Shown: positions 6,737 to 17,033, counted from the first letter of the stretch. The stretch is 64,000 nt of DNA from Anaerolineae bacterium (GCA_026129165.1 JAHCIP010000001.1:13766-77765), one strand, 5' to 3'. Translations and numbers: made by a program. The notes: generated by a model not told the origin, from the letters alone.

Positions 6737-9582
6737 ACAGCACCTCGTTCACGACGCCGGCCCCAGGCTTTGCGCGCTTCATCGGCCAGCAGCAGTAGGG
6801 GCGTCCAGGCCAGCAGGAACAGCCAATGGCTGGCCGGGAAGGCGGCTGTGCCGACGAAGGCCTGGAAAGGCGGAGCATAGACGATCAGGACAATCAGGAC
6901 CATCTCGACAGCGATACCCAGCCATACCAGGCGGTTGCTGAACCAACTCAGACGGAAGACCGACAGTCGCTCGGTGCGCTGGGCGAACAGGTTGCCAATC
7001 TGGGTCATGACCACCGCCGCCAACGCCATGGCCGTCGCGGCGCGGTACAGGTCACCCTGGGCTGGCAGGTCCAACCACTGACCCCTGTAGCCGTTAGTCC
7101 AGTACTGGAAATAGAAGGCCGCCATGACGGCCAGGCTCTGCAAAGGACCGAGGAAGAGGTAAGCCCGCGCCAGCAGACCCGGCGTAATGACATGCTCGTG
7201 GAGGCTGCGCGGCGGGCGGTCCATCGTGCCGGGTTCGGGAACCTCCGCCCCCAGCGCCAGCGCCGGGGCCATATCCGTCCCCAGGTCCACCGCCAGCACG
7301 TGCATCACATTGAGCGCCAGCGGTATCCGCCCCCCACTCAGGACGAATAGGATAAACGGGACAGCTTCCGGGGTGTTGCTGGTAAAGATGTAGGTCGTAA
7401 ATTTCTTGATGTTGGCGTAGACGGCGCGGCCCTCTTCGATGGCGTTGACGATGGAGGCGAAGTTGTCGTCGGTCAGAATCATGTCCGCCGCCTCCTTCGC
7501 CACGTCCGTCCCTGCCTGACCCATCGCCACACCAATGTCCGCCTTCTTGAGGGCCGGCGCGTCGTTGACACCATCCCCTGTAACGGCGACGATGTGGCCG
7601 AGAGTCTGGAGCGCTGCCACCACGCGCAGCTTGTGCTCCGGGGCGACGCGGGCGAAGATGACCTCGTCGGTCATGGCAGCCTGCAGGGCGGCATCGTCCA
7701 GAGTGTCCAGGTCCGCGCCGGTGAGGATGCGCGGCTGGGGACCGCGCAGGATGCCGATGCGGCGGGCGATACTCTCCGCCGTCAGGCCATAGTCGCCCGT
7801 AATCATAATGATGCGGATACCCGCGCGGTGGCACTTCGCCACAGCCTCGCTCACTTCGGGGCGAGGCGGGTCCATCATCGCCGCCAGTCCCAGGAAAACC
7901 AACTCGGTCTCAACCGTCTCTGGAGTATACTGGGGCAGGCTGGCCGGGACGGCGCGCATCGCCAGGGCCAGGACACGCAGCCCCTGGCGGGCGTAGTCGT
8001 CATTGGCGGCCAGGATAGCCTGGCGCTGAGTGTCGTCGAGGGGGACAGCCTGACCCCGACGCCAGACCTGGCTGCACAGCGCGACAATCTCTTTCGGCGC
8101 GCCTTTGACATAGGCAATGAGGCCGCTCTCTTCGCCCGTCACCCGATGGAGGGTCGTCATGCGTTTGCGCCGCGACTCAAACGGTATCTCCCGCCAGCGG
8201 GGCAGCGTCCGCATCTCGGTGTCCAGGTCCAGCCCCCCCTTGGCCGCGACGACGCGCAACGCTGCCTCGGTCGGGTCGCCGAGGATGGTCCAGCGCGGCG
8301 TCTCAGCGTTGGGGGGCAGCAAGCGGGCGTTGTTGCATAGTCCAGCCGCCAGGAGGAGTTGGCGGAGGTCGAGGGAGGAGTCATTGTCCGACGGCGTGAC
8401 AGACGAGATCGCACCGTCGGGGGCGTAGCCCACGCCGCTGACGGTGTAGGCGGCGCCTGGCAGCCATAGGGCGCGGACAGTCATCTCGTTCTGGGTGAGG
8501 GTGCCCGTCTTGTCGGTACAGATGACCGTCGCACAGCCCAGCGTCTCGACGGCCGACAGGCGTTTAACCAGGGCATGACGGCGCGCCATACGCTGGACGC
8601 CCATCGCCAGGGCCAGGGTAACGGTAGGGAGCAGCCCTTCCGGGACAAAAGCGACAATCATACCCAGCGCGAAGATGAAGCTCTCGGCCAGCGTAACCCG
8701 CGCCAGAAGGACGGCGAGGCCAAAGAACACCAGGCCCATGACGACGGCGATGACTGTCACCTGCTTGGTCACGCGGCCTAGCTCGCGTTGCAGGGGGCTG
8801 GGTTCCTCGGCGACGCTCTGGGTAAAGTGGGCGATGCGGCCAAACTCGGTACGCATGCCCGTCGCCACAACGACCGCCTGGCCCGTGCCGGCCGCCACAG
8901 ATGTGCCGGCGAAGACCAGGTTGGGCATCTCCACGGTCGCCAGATCGGTGCGGGTCACGGCATCCGCCGTCTTACGCACGGCGTCGGCTTCGCCGCTGAG
9001 GGTAGACTGGTCCACCCGCAGTTCGGCAGCCTGGACGAGCCGCCCATCGGCCGCCACGCGGTCGCCCTCGGCCAGCAGCAGGAGGTCGCCTGGCACGATC
9101 TCCTCGGCCGGGAGGCGCTGCTCCTCGCCTTGCCGTACTATGCGGGCGTAGGGAGACAGCAGCCGTTTGAGGGCTTCGGTGGCCCGTTCGGCCTTGAACT
9201 CCTGCCAGAAGCTAAACGCGCCGTTGATGACATTAACCATCCAGATGGCGATGCCCAACTGGGGCAGTTGGGCGATGAAGGCCACCAGGCCGCCGGCCCA
9301 CAGCAGCCAGGCCATCAGATGGGTAAAGTTAGCCAGGAACTTGACCCACAGCGGGACGCCGTGAACCTCCTGGAGGGCATTCCGACCATAGCGGGTCAGG
9401 CGAGCCTGCGCCTCGGCAAGCGTCAGGCCCTGGGGTGAGGTCTCCAGGGCCTGGTAAACATCGGGTATAGCGCGGGATGCGATGGGCGGGTCAGACGACT
9501 GTGGGTCGGGCAGGGAGGCGCGGGCTGGACGGGGTTCAGTCTCTGGCGGGTGGAGGGGGACAACCACGCGCGGTCGGCTCAT
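6718..9582 (-). CDS. P2-type cation-transporting P-type ATPase
   Basis: 954 aa. Motifs ICTDKTGTLT (phosphorylation site), VPEGLLPTVTLALAMG (PEGL), TGDGVNDAPALKKADIGVAMG. N-terminal cation-ATPase-N-like region, 10 predicted TM helices. Start ATG overlaps the stop of the upstream esterase gene (ATGA). Confidence 0.9.
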   Translation of the reverse strand: MSRPRVVVPLHPPETEPRPARASLPDPQSSDPPIASRAIPDVYQALETSPQGLTLAEAQARLTRYGRNALQEVHGVPLWVKFLANFTHLMAWLLWAGGLVAFIAQLPQLGIAIWMVNVINGAFSFWQEFKAERATEALKRLLSPYARIVRQGEEQRLPAEEIVPGDLLLLAEGDRVAADGRLVQAAELRVDQSTLSGEADAVRKTADAVTRTDLATVEMPNLVFAGTSVAAGTGQAVVVATGMRTEFGRIAHFTQSVAEEPSPLQRELGRVTKQVTVIAVVMGLVFFGLAVLLARVTLAESFIFALGMIVAFVPEGLLPTVTLALAMGVQRMARRHALVKRLSAVETLGCATVICTDKTGTLTQNEMTVRALWLPGAAYTVSGVGYAPDGAISSVTPSDNDSSLDLRQLLLAAGLCNNARLLPPNAETPRWTILGDPTEAALRVVAAKGGLDLDTEMRTLPRWREIPFESRRKRMTTLHRVTGEESGLIAYVKGAPKEIVALCSQVWRRGQAVPLDDTQRQAILAANDDYARQGLRVLALAMRAVPASLPQYTPETVETELVFLGLAAMMDPPRPEVSEAVAKCHRAGIRIIMITGDYGLTAESIARRIGILRGPQPRILTGADLDTLDDAALQAAMTDEVIFARVAPEHKLRVVAALQTLGHIVAVTGDGVNDAPALKKADIGVAMGQAGTDVAKEAADMILTDDNFASIVNAIEEGRAVYANIKKFTTYIFTSNTPEAVPFILFVLSGGRIPLALNVMHVLAVDLGTDMAPALALGAEVPEPGTMDRPPRSLHEHVITPGLLARAYLFLGPLQSLAVMAAFYFQYWTNGYRGQWLDLPAQGDLYRAATAMALAAVVMTQIGNLFAQRTERLSVFRLSWFSNRLVWLGIAVEMVLIVLIVYAPPFQAFVGTAAFPASHWLFLLAWTPLLLLADEARKAWGRRRERGAVCDSSS

Positions 9583-10631
9583 GACGGGCCAGCCCCCAGG
9601 AAGGCGGACGAGTAGAACCGCAGATACTCGTCCACATGGGAGGTCCAGTAGTCGCCGCTGTGACCCCCGGACCGACTCAACCAGGTATGGGGGACGCCCT
9701 CGGCCACCAGCTGTTGATGGAAGGCTTCTGCCGCCGGACTCCAGGTGTCTTGTGCCCCCATATCAATGCGCAGCTTGAGGGTGCGCGCGCGATCGGGATG
9801 CGCCTTGAAGAGCGGCACAGGGCTGTGGGTGTCAAACCAGGCCTGGTCGCCAAAGTAGTCGGGCGCCGTATCACGGGTGCGGAGGGCGGGGCTATGGGCG
9901 CCGACAATGCCAAACACATCACTGAAGTTCATCGCGATCTGCAACGCGCCACAGCCACCCATAGAAACCCCACCCACAGCGCGCTTCTCGCGGCTGGCCA
10001 GTGTTCGGAAATGGCTATCCACTTCCGCGACCAGGTCACGGGCAACGTAGGCGCCCCAGCGTGGCCCATTGTTGGCATGATCCACCCAGTATTCCTGGTC
10101 CCCCTGTGGCAGCACAATCAGGAACGGCTGGATCACGTTCGTTTCTATAAGATTCGTCGCCTTATCCAGCAGACCATAGTTGGCCCACTCAGCGTAGGAG
10201 CCGCCGCGGCCATGCAACATATAGAGGACCGCATAGCGTTGGTCGGGACTGGCATCGTAACCAGGGGGGAGATAGATGAGATAATGGAGGTCGCGGGCGA
10301 CCGAGGCGCTTTTGAAAACGCGGTCTTCGGTGCGAGCGGGTGAGGCAGGCTGAACCAGGAGGGTGGTGATACTATCGGCGTCGGTCGGCTGAGCGGCGAA
10401 CGCCTGATCGGGGCGGACAACAACGGAGGGCCGGAGCGCTATCACGCCGGCAACAAGGGCAATCAGCAGACCATGGACGAGGGACTGAAAGCGCTTCTTC
10501 ATGACTATACGTTGCCTATACTCCGCCAATGACTGGCTGCCCGACAAGTTCGGCCTACCTACCCGAGGACGTGTCTCAGGCATCTCGAACATTGGATACC
10601 TGTTCGTTCTATATCTTACGTACTCGGTCAA
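9579..10631 (-). CDS. Putative esterase (esterase D / enterochelin-esterase-like alpha/beta hydrolase) with N-terminal TM anchor
   Basis: 350 aa. YLIYLPPGYD....YAVLYMLHGRGG, nucleophile elbow GGVSMGGCGAL, HSGDYW near the C-terminus. N-terminal hydrophobic helix. Confidence 0.75.
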   Translation of the reverse strand: MTEYVRYRTNRYPMFEMPETRPRVGRPNLSGSQSLAEYRQRIVMKKRFQSLVHGLLIALVAGVIALRPSVVVRPDQAFAAQPTDADSITTLLVQPASPARTEDRVFKSASVARDLHYLIYLPPGYDASPDQRYAVLYMLHGRGGSYAEWANYGLLDKATNLIETNVIQPFLIVLPQGDQEYWVDHANNGPRWGAYVARDLVAEVDSHFRTLASREKRAVGGVSMGGCGALQIAMNFSDVFGIVGAHSPALRTRDTAPDYFGDQAWFDTHSPVPLFKAHPDRARTLKLRIDMGAQDTWSPAAEAFHQQLVAEGVPHTWLSRSGGHSGDYWTSHVDEYLRFYSSAFLGAGPS

Positions 10632-10660
10632 AAGTCACGCGGTTCTCGTCTATGAGTGCC

Positions 10661-11734
10661 CTACGGTCTGGCCTCCTCGCTCAGACTGTCCTCGCTGAGG
10701 TAGAGAGCACTGGCATAGAAGCGCAGATAATAGGGCACGTGGCCCCCCCAATAGTCCCACGAATGATCCCCAGGATAGCGACGCAGGATGTTCGGAATCC
10801 CGTCCCGTTCGAGCTGCTGCTGGAAGGCCTCAATACTTGGGCCGAGCGGATCGTCGAGGCCATCGTCGAGCCAGACTAACAGACCCCGCGCGATGTCAGC
10901 ATGGTCCTGGTAGAGGTGGACCGGGTCGTGGGCGTTGAAGTACGCCTCATCGCCAAAGTAGGCCGCAAGCTCCGAGCGCCGCCGTAACGTCGGGCTGTGC
11001 GCGCCGACAATGCTAAAGACGCCTGGGAAGTTGATGGCGAGCTGGAGGGCGCCGTGGGCGCCCATGGAGAGGCCGCCTATGGCGCGATGCTGGCTGTCCG
11101 GAAGAGTTCGATAAGTGTTATCTATCTCGCGCACCACGTCTTGCGCTGTATACGTCCCCCATTTGGGGCCGCCGTCGGCGTGATCCAGCCAATAGCTCTG
11201 GTCGCCTTGCGGCAAGACAATCAGGAAAGGCGGGATCTCGCCGCTGTTGATCATCTCATCGGCGCTGGTCAAGAGGCCCAGGTTGATCCACTCCGTATTC
11301 TGCCCGCCAATGCCGTGCAACATATACAACACAGGATAGCGCAGCCCCGGCTCGCCATCATAGCCCGGCGGCACATAAGCGAAGTAGGGCATGGTCCGAC
11401 CCAGCGACTCGCTAAAAAACGTGCCTTCCTCGACCCGCGAGGGCGAAAGCGGCGGACGGGGAGCGACGTCCACTTTTGGCGGCGGCGGGGTCACAGTTGG
11501 CTCGCCAGCCATAGCCGAGGTAGGGACGGGTGTAGCCGTGGGTGGAGACACCACCGTGACGACTCGCACCAGCACCGGAGCAGGCGTACTGGTCATCCAC
11601 ACGAGAGGACCAAGCGCCATGGGATTCAAGGGCGACGCCAGGCAAGCGGCTAGCGTGGCGACAAGTGAGAGAAGGATCACATGACGAAGCATGAATCGAT
11701 GTCTCAAAATGGTATTCAGATAGACGCTTAACAA
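10661..11734 (-). CDS. Putative esterase, paralog of the downstream gene, with N-terminal TM helix and Pro/Thr-rich linker
   Basis: 357 aa. FAYVPPGYD...YPVLYMLHGIGG, GGLSMGAHGAL, GDHSWDYW. Clearly paralogous to 9579-10631. Confidence 0.75.
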   Translation of the reverse strand: MLSVYLNTILRHRFMLRHVILLSLVATLAACLASPLNPMALGPLVWMTSTPAPVLVRVVTVVSPPTATPVPTSAMAGEPTVTPPPPKVDVAPRPPLSPSRVEEGTFFSESLGRTMPYFAYVPPGYDGEPGLRYPVLYMLHGIGGQNTEWINLGLLTSADEMINSGEIPPFLIVLPQGDQSYWLDHADGGPKWGTYTAQDVVREIDNTYRTLPDSQHRAIGGLSMGAHGALQLAINFPGVFSIVGAHSPTLRRRSELAAYFGDEAYFNAHDPVHLYQDHADIARGLLVWLDDGLDDPLGPSIEAFQQQLERDGIPNILRRYPGDHSWDYWGGHVPYYLRFYASALYLSEDSLSEEARP

Positions 11735-13317
11735 CTCCTGGGGCCGCCCACACGCCGCTTGTGGAGGCGGCTCGGCGTCTGTTCATCCGCAGTGGGCGAG
11801 TCTTGAGCGCCGGGTGTATCTACGGTCATATCTTGCAAGGCATCGGTGGCGCCTGGCGCGTCGAAGTCATCCAAGAAGGCGTCGTCGAAGCTGGCCTCCA
11901 TCACGCTGGAACCCGCGATGTGGGACGGAGTCGGCGTCATAGGCCGGAGCCGGTCGCTACCCGTGATTCCAGCCGCCACCACGAGTGTCACCATTATCAC
12001 GCCGAGCGGCGCAGCGAGGGTTCTGACGCGCTGGGTAGGAAGCCCAAGTGGCATAGCGAAAAAGGCAGCCACCAGGGGCAGCGTGGCCGGCGTCGGCCAA
12101 CCGAGGCGCGGGGCAAGCGGTGGCAGGCGCCGCAGTGTATCGCCAGCTCGGCTGGCCCAGCGCTGGGCATAGGCTGGCAGATGTAGTCGCGCCATGACCA
12201 GCGCCCATAGGGTCAGGATACCGACAGATTGGAGCACGGCATTCTGGACGGATGGATCGCCCGTCCAGCCATCTACTACCTCGTGCAGCCGGACGGCCAT
12301 AATGACGACGAAGAGGTGCAGACCGTAGGCGAGGAGGGAGTGCTGGCCGAGGGGCAGCAGCAGCCAGCCCAGGCCACGTAGGACCAGCCGCCAGCCGACA
12401 CTCACCAGGGCAAACGCGAAGCTGAAGATGAAAGCAAATACGAGGAGGCGGCCGAAACCGACATTAGGCTTGACATACAATTGCGCGATGACCAGGTCAC
12501 GGAAAGGCGAGGCGTCGAAGAACGCCAGATCGGTTCGGTACAGGCGGATAAACCAGGCTACCCCGAGACCGCACCCCACCAGGATGACCCAACGCGGAAT
12601 ACGGCCGAGCAGGCGGGACAGTCCTACCCGATGGAAGCCCAGCACCAGCCCCGTGATAAACAATACCTGCCACGCTGTGGCGGGGAAAACCGTGTTGCTG
12701 GCGACAGGCCAGGGCAGCTCCAGGCCGCCGGGGTTCTTCTGCCACACGGCCCACACCCCCCAGGACAGCAGCAGCACCAGGGGACTGAAGCCGCGCGCCA
12801 TCAGGACAAGCAGCGGGCCGGCCGCTACGACCAGGAACGTGTAGAGCAGGAGCACATCGGTCAAGTAGTAAGCCTGGCGGAGAGTCACGACACCCCAGAG
12901 CCACTCACCCAGGTTCTGGGGCGGCATTTCGATCCCCCACGGCATATGGAAGACTGTGGAGGCGGCGGCGAACAGGAGGGTCAACCCGATGGTCTGGAGG
13001 TAGAGGGTACGGGCGCGGTGGAGGCTCTTGAGCAAGACGGCGCGCAGCCCCTGGCGGACCGCAATACGCGCATAGACGATGCCCATCACCAGGCCGGAAA
13101 TAAAGACAAACGCCTCGGCGGCCGAGATGTAGAACTGATTCCCCCCTGTGATAGGGTAGAGCCACGAGTGTTCGCCGCCAATGTGATTGACCACCATCAC
13201 GAAAACGGCATAACCGCGCAGAAGATCGAAGCGCAGGTCGCGTTGGCTCGCGCCAGTGGAGGAGGGTTGTCCGAAGGGGGATGAATTCGCCGCTGAAGCT
13301 AGCATCGCCTGGGTCAT
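11728..13317 (-). CDS. Acyltransferase-3 family (OpgC-like) polytopic membrane protein with C-terminal Pro/Ala-rich extension
   Basis: 529 aa. N-terminal RFDLLRGYAVFVMVVNH motif typical of acyltransferase family 3. About 10 TM helices. 7-bp overlap with the downstream esterase start. Confidence 0.6.
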   Translation of the reverse strand: MTQAMLASAANSSPFGQPSSTGASQRDLRFDLLRGYAVFVMVVNHIGGEHSWLYPITGGNQFYISAAEAFVFISGLVMGIVYARIAVRQGLRAVLLKSLHRARTLYLQTIGLTLLFAAASTVFHMPWGIEMPPQNLGEWLWGVVTLRQAYYLTDVLLLYTFLVVAAGPLLVLMARGFSPLVLLLSWGVWAVWQKNPGGLELPWPVASNTVFPATAWQVLFITGLVLGFHRVGLSRLLGRIPRWVILVGCGLGVAWFIRLYRTDLAFFDASPFRDLVIAQLYVKPNVGFGRLLVFAFIFSFAFALVSVGWRLVLRGLGWLLLPLGQHSLLAYGLHLFVVIMAVRLHEVVDGWTGDPSVQNAVLQSVGILTLWALVMARLHLPAYAQRWASRAGDTLRRLPPLAPRLGWPTPATLPLVAAFFAMPLGLPTQRVRTLAAPLGVIMVTLVVAAGITGSDRLRPMTPTPSHIAGSSVMEASFDDAFLDDFDAPGATDALQDMTVDTPGAQDSPTADEQTPSRLHKRRVGGPRSC

Positions 13318-13710
13318 GACTCTATTTCCTTATGCTACATCGCCTGGTTTATCATCCATCTCAAGAGATAGAGTACTGTTTGGTGTAATAGTTTACCTCA
13401 GACTCGTCCAACCTGGAGACAGAAATGGCATAGCAAGAAACAAGCCGAATTGTGGAGTCGAGGTGGAAAATCGTCACGACAACGGACTGCCGACAGAGGA
13501 TGTCAGGGCTGCGGCGCTGCCCCAGGGACAGGCAGCCGCACCGGGTGTATTAGCACTATTTAACACGATGGATAGGGTCTAAAGTTTCACCCCCCACACA
13601 ACAAAACTGGCTTCAAGCGCCGGCCCGCACATGGGGCTAGAGCCTGAAACCAGTCCATTCGGCTGTGATGCTCCCGGGGCGCTGCCTTCCAGCGTCCACC
13701 TGGGCTGCGC

Positions 13711-14664
13711 TTACCCCGCGAAGGCGACGCCCTCCGCTTCGGCCTTCTCCTCGCTCTTCGCCTGTTTGACGACAAATTCGGCCGGACGGATGAGCAGCAT
13801 CGGCAAGCCGCCTCGGCGCAGCACATCCAGCGCCACGCTGCCAAACAGAGCGCGGCGCAGGCCGGTGCGGCCGTGGGTCGCCATGATGACCAGCGCCGCG
13901 TCGGCGCTGTACTCCTCTTCGAGGATGGACTGAACAATGTCGCCGGAACGGAGATCGGTGCGTACGTTTAGTCCCATCTGCCGCATATTGTGGGCCAGGC
14001 CAGCGATGTAGGCCTCGACTTCTTCTTGCTCTTTCGTCAATTGGCGGCCCACCTTGTCGGTATGGGTGACAATATCCTGCTCGGTGAGGATGGGGGGCTC
14101 GTAGACGTGCATGAGCGCCAGTTCGCCCTGGAATGCCTGGGCAAACGCCATCGCATGGGGCAGCGCCTCCTCGGCGAAGCTAGACCCATCCAGCGGCACC
14201 AGGAAGACCGGCTGGGGCTGGCTGAGAGGGACCAATTCCGGCTTGACGCCAGCTCGAATGAGCAGCACGGGCACGGGGCTATGATGGAGCACCGCCTCCG
14301 CGACCGAACCGTAGATGAGCCGGCTCAGACCGGAGCGGCCATGCGTTGTCATCACCACCACGTCCGCGCCGCGCAGGTTGATTTCATCCAGGATGCCCTC
14401 GACCGGCGGGGCATAGGGCACGCCCACTTCTACCTTCAGCCCGGCCTCGATGAGGGGAGTGGCCTTCGTCTTGAGATACAGTTCGACCTCATCCATCGAA
14501 GTGACCTGGACATCGCTGAGTGCTCCACCCGGCAGCGTTGTCATGTAGACGGCTTGCGTCAGGACCACGGTAGCATCTAGAGGCTTGGCTAGAGCGGCCG
14601 CGACAGGGATGGCCTGTTCGCTCAACTCCGACCCATCTAGTGGCACGAGAATAGTTTTGTACAT
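13711..14664 (-). CDS. Universal stress protein, tandem UspA domains
   Basis: 317 aa. Two repeats of the Usp pattern (ILVPLDGS...; VVMTTHGRSGL.R...GSVA; second copy MATHGRTGLRRALFGSVA). Confidence 0.85.
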   Translation of the reverse strand: MYKTILVPLDGSELSEQAIPVAAALAKPLDATVVLTQAVYMTTLPGGALSDVQVTSMDEVELYLKTKATPLIEAGLKVEVGVPYAPPVEGILDEINLRGADVVVMTTHGRSGLSRLIYGSVAEAVLHHSPVPVLLIRAGVKPELVPLSQPQPVFLVPLDGSSFAEEALPHAMAFAQAFQGELALMHVYEPPILTEQDIVTHTDKVGRQLTKEQEEVEAYIAGLAHNMRQMGLNVRTDLRSGDIVQSILEEEYSADAALVIMATHGRTGLRRALFGSVALDVLRRGGLPMLLIRPAEFVVKQAKSEEKAEAEGVAFAG

Positions 14665-14771
14665 TACGATACTCCTTATAGGTTCGCTAAGCCCTAGAGG
14701 TCTTGCCGACTTAGGGTCTTAGAATCTGAGTGATACCTGGATCATCTTGAACCGGGCGCCTTTCGGCTCGG

Positions 14772-15710
14772 TTACGCTATACCAGCCGGGACAGCCCCAT
14801 GGGAGGACGCCTGCTCGCGAATCAGACCGAGCGGGTGGACCAGCATCACGGGGTGGTCGCCTCGGCGGAGCACTTCCATCGCCACGCTGCCAAAAACCAG
14901 GCGATCCATACCGGTCCGGCCATGCGTCGCCATGAGCACAAAGACGGTGTTGAGCTCGTTGCTCTTGCGGAGGAGCGTAGTGGCCGCTGAACCTGTCTCG
15001 ACATAGGGTATGACGCGCAGCCCGTCCTGACGCAACTGGCGGGCCAGCCTCGCTAGATAGTCCTCGGCTTCCTGGAGTTCCATCTTGAAGATTTCATTGC
15101 CTAACTCTGGTTCCACCAGTGTCTCTGGCATCAGGGGCGAGGGCAGCGGGACCACCCGAACCAGGATCAGCATGGCATCGAGCACGCGGGCCATCTCGAC
15201 CGCATAGGGCAGCACGGCCTCGGCCACCGTCGAGCCATCCAGGGCGACGAGCAGCCCATCGCGGCCCGGGTCCAGGCGCGGCTCGATCAGGCTCTTGGCG
15301 CGCACCAGGAGCACAGGGACATGACTCTGGGTGAGAACGCTTTCAGCCACAGAGCCGTAGATAAAGCGGCCCACTCCCGTTCGCCCATGCGTCGTCATCA
15401 CCACCAGGTCGGCGTGCTCATCGGCCAGCGTCCACAGAATGCCCTGGCCGGGGTGGGCAGCGATGGCCCGAATATCCACCCGCACGTCCTGCAAGCGCAG
15501 CTCGCCGGCAATCGGGCGCAGATAATCATCGGCTTCCTGGGTGGCCGCCTCTTGCCGCTTTTCGGTTTCCCAGCCTGGCACGCCGGTGACCCAGACGCAA
15601 CGAACCAGCACCAGACGGGCAGCGGCGGCCCGCGCCAGAGCCGTCGCTAGGGGCAAGGCTCGTTCAGCCGCAGGAGACCCATCCAACGGGACAAGAATGG
15701 TGCGGAACAT
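14772..15710 (-). CDS. Universal stress protein, tandem UspA domains (paralog)
   Basis: 312 aa. ILVPLDGSPAAERAL...VVMTTHGRTGVGRFIYGSVA and a second domain MATHGRTGMDRLVFGSVA. Confidence 0.85.
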   Translation of the reverse strand: MFRTILVPLDGSPAAERALPLATALARAAAARLVLVRCVWVTGVPGWETEKRQEAATQEADDYLRPIAGELRLQDVRVDIRAIAAHPGQGILWTLADEHADLVVMTTHGRTGVGRFIYGSVAESVLTQSHVPVLLVRAKSLIEPRLDPGRDGLLVALDGSTVAEAVLPYAVEMARVLDAMLILVRVVPLPSPLMPETLVEPELGNEIFKMELQEAEDYLARLARQLRQDGLRVIPYVETGSAATTLLRKSNELNTVFVLMATHGRTGMDRLVFGSVAMEVLRRGDHPVMLVHPLGLIREQASSHGAVPAGIA

Positions 15711-15731
15711 AGCTACCTCCTCTTGTATCCC

Positions 15732-17027
15732 TTACAACAAAGCCTCGGCCAGTCCAAAAGTCGCCTCTCGGGTCGGCTGGAGTGTCTCGTCCAGCACGCG
15801 GCCCAGGCGGGCGATACCCTCGCGGATCATGTCCGGGGCCGCGTTCGAGAAGTTCAAACGCATCGTATTCTCACCGCCGCCACACGGGAAGAAGCTGTCA
15901 CCGGGCACGAAGGCGACCTTGCGCTCGATGGCGCGGGGCAGGATGTCCACAGCGCGCGCTCCTAGCGGCAGCGTGACCCACAAGAACAAACCGCCTCGCG
16001 GGTGCGTCCAGCGCACGCCGGTCGGGAAGTGCTCGGCCAGGGCTTCGAGCATGACGTCACGCCGCTCGCGGTAGACCTGGCGGATGAAACGCACATGGCG
16101 GTCCAGAAACTGGTCGTCGGCGACGGTGTGGGCAATGACCTGGGTAAAGGTCGGTGTGTGCAGGTCGCTGCCCTGTTTCGCCTGGACGAGCTTCTGAATC
16201 ACCTCGGCCGGCGCGATGACCCAGCCCAGCCGCAGTCCGGGGGCAAGAATCTTCGAGAACGTCCCTAAGTAGATAATATTACCGTGGTAGGTCGGGTGGC
16301 CGTTAGGCCCGGCCCCTTCCAGAGCGGCCAGGCTCGGTAGGTCCTCCCCTTCGAAGCGCAACTGGCCGTAGGGGTCATCCTCGACGACCGGGATGCCGTG
16401 CTCCTCGGCCAACTCGACCAGGCGGCGGCGGCGCGGCAGGCTCAGCGTGACACCGGCTGGATTCTGGAACGTCGGCAGGGCGTAAATCAGCTTCGGCCCG
16501 ACGCGCAGGGCGTCTTCCAGGGCGTCGGTCTGCATGCCGTCGTCGTCAATCGGCACGGGGATGTACTCCGCGCCGTAGGTGTTCCATGCCTGGAGCGCGC
16601 CCAGGTAAGTCGGCGCTTCGACCAGGAGGTGGTCGCCAGGATTGACAAAGACTTTGCCAATCAAGTCGAGCGCCTGCTGCGAGCCAGTGGTGATCAGGAC
16701 GTTCTCCAGCCCCACCTGGAGGCCGTCGCGGGCAGCGCGGCGGGCAATCATCTCGCGCAGCGGGCGGTAGCCCTCAGTTGTGCCGTATTGGAGCGCCTGC
16801 GGCCCCAAGTCGCGCAGGACACGGGCGGTGGCAGTAGCAAAGTCGGGAATCGGGAAGACTTCGGGGGCAGGCAGGCCGCCAGCGAAGGAAATCATATCCG
16901 GTTGTTCAGTCAGTTTGAGCAGCTCGCGGATGGCTGAGCTTCTCATGCGCTGGGTACGCTGGGCGTACCGTTGCGACCACAGAGTAGGCATAACTCCCTC
17001 CAGTGGGAGATGGACGACGGTGTCCAT
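15732..17027 (-). CDS. PLP-dependent aminotransferase (class I/II; LysN / MocR-aminotransferase-domain-like)
   Basis: 431 aa. SAIRELLK, YG.TEGYRPLRE, PTFQNPAG, active-site Lys context TFSKILAPGLRLGW. A shorter start at M13 (about 16991) is possible. Confidence 0.8.
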   Translation of the reverse strand: MDTVVHLPLEGVMPTLWSQRYAQRTQRMRSSAIRELLKLTEQPDMISFAGGLPAPEVFPIPDFATATARVLRDLGPQALQYGTTEGYRPLREMIARRAARDGLQVGLENVLITTGSQQALDLIGKVFVNPGDHLLVEAPTYLGALQAWNTYGAEYIPVPIDDDGMQTDALEDALRVGPKLIYALPTFQNPAGVTLSLPRRRRLVELAEEHGIPVVEDDPYGQLRFEGEDLPSLAALEGAGPNGHPTYHGNIIYLGTFSKILAPGLRLGWVIAPAEVIQKLVQAKQGSDLHTPTFTQVIAHTVADDQFLDRHVRFIRQVYRERRDVMLEALAEHFPTGVRWTHPRGGLFLWVTLPLGARAVDILPRAIERKVAFVPGDSFFPCGGGENTMRLNFSNAAPDMIREGIARLGRVLDETLQPTREATFGLAEALL

Positions 17028-17033
17028 GTAGGT

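Noticed and set aside
13318-13710. Possible regulatory RNA or riboswitch in the 393-bp moderately AT-rich spacer between the acyltransferase and Usp genes
   Set aside because: No recognisable riboswitch consensus (no TPP, SAM, cobalamin or glycine motifs); more simply the promoter region of the long minus-strand operon plus the Usp terminator region.
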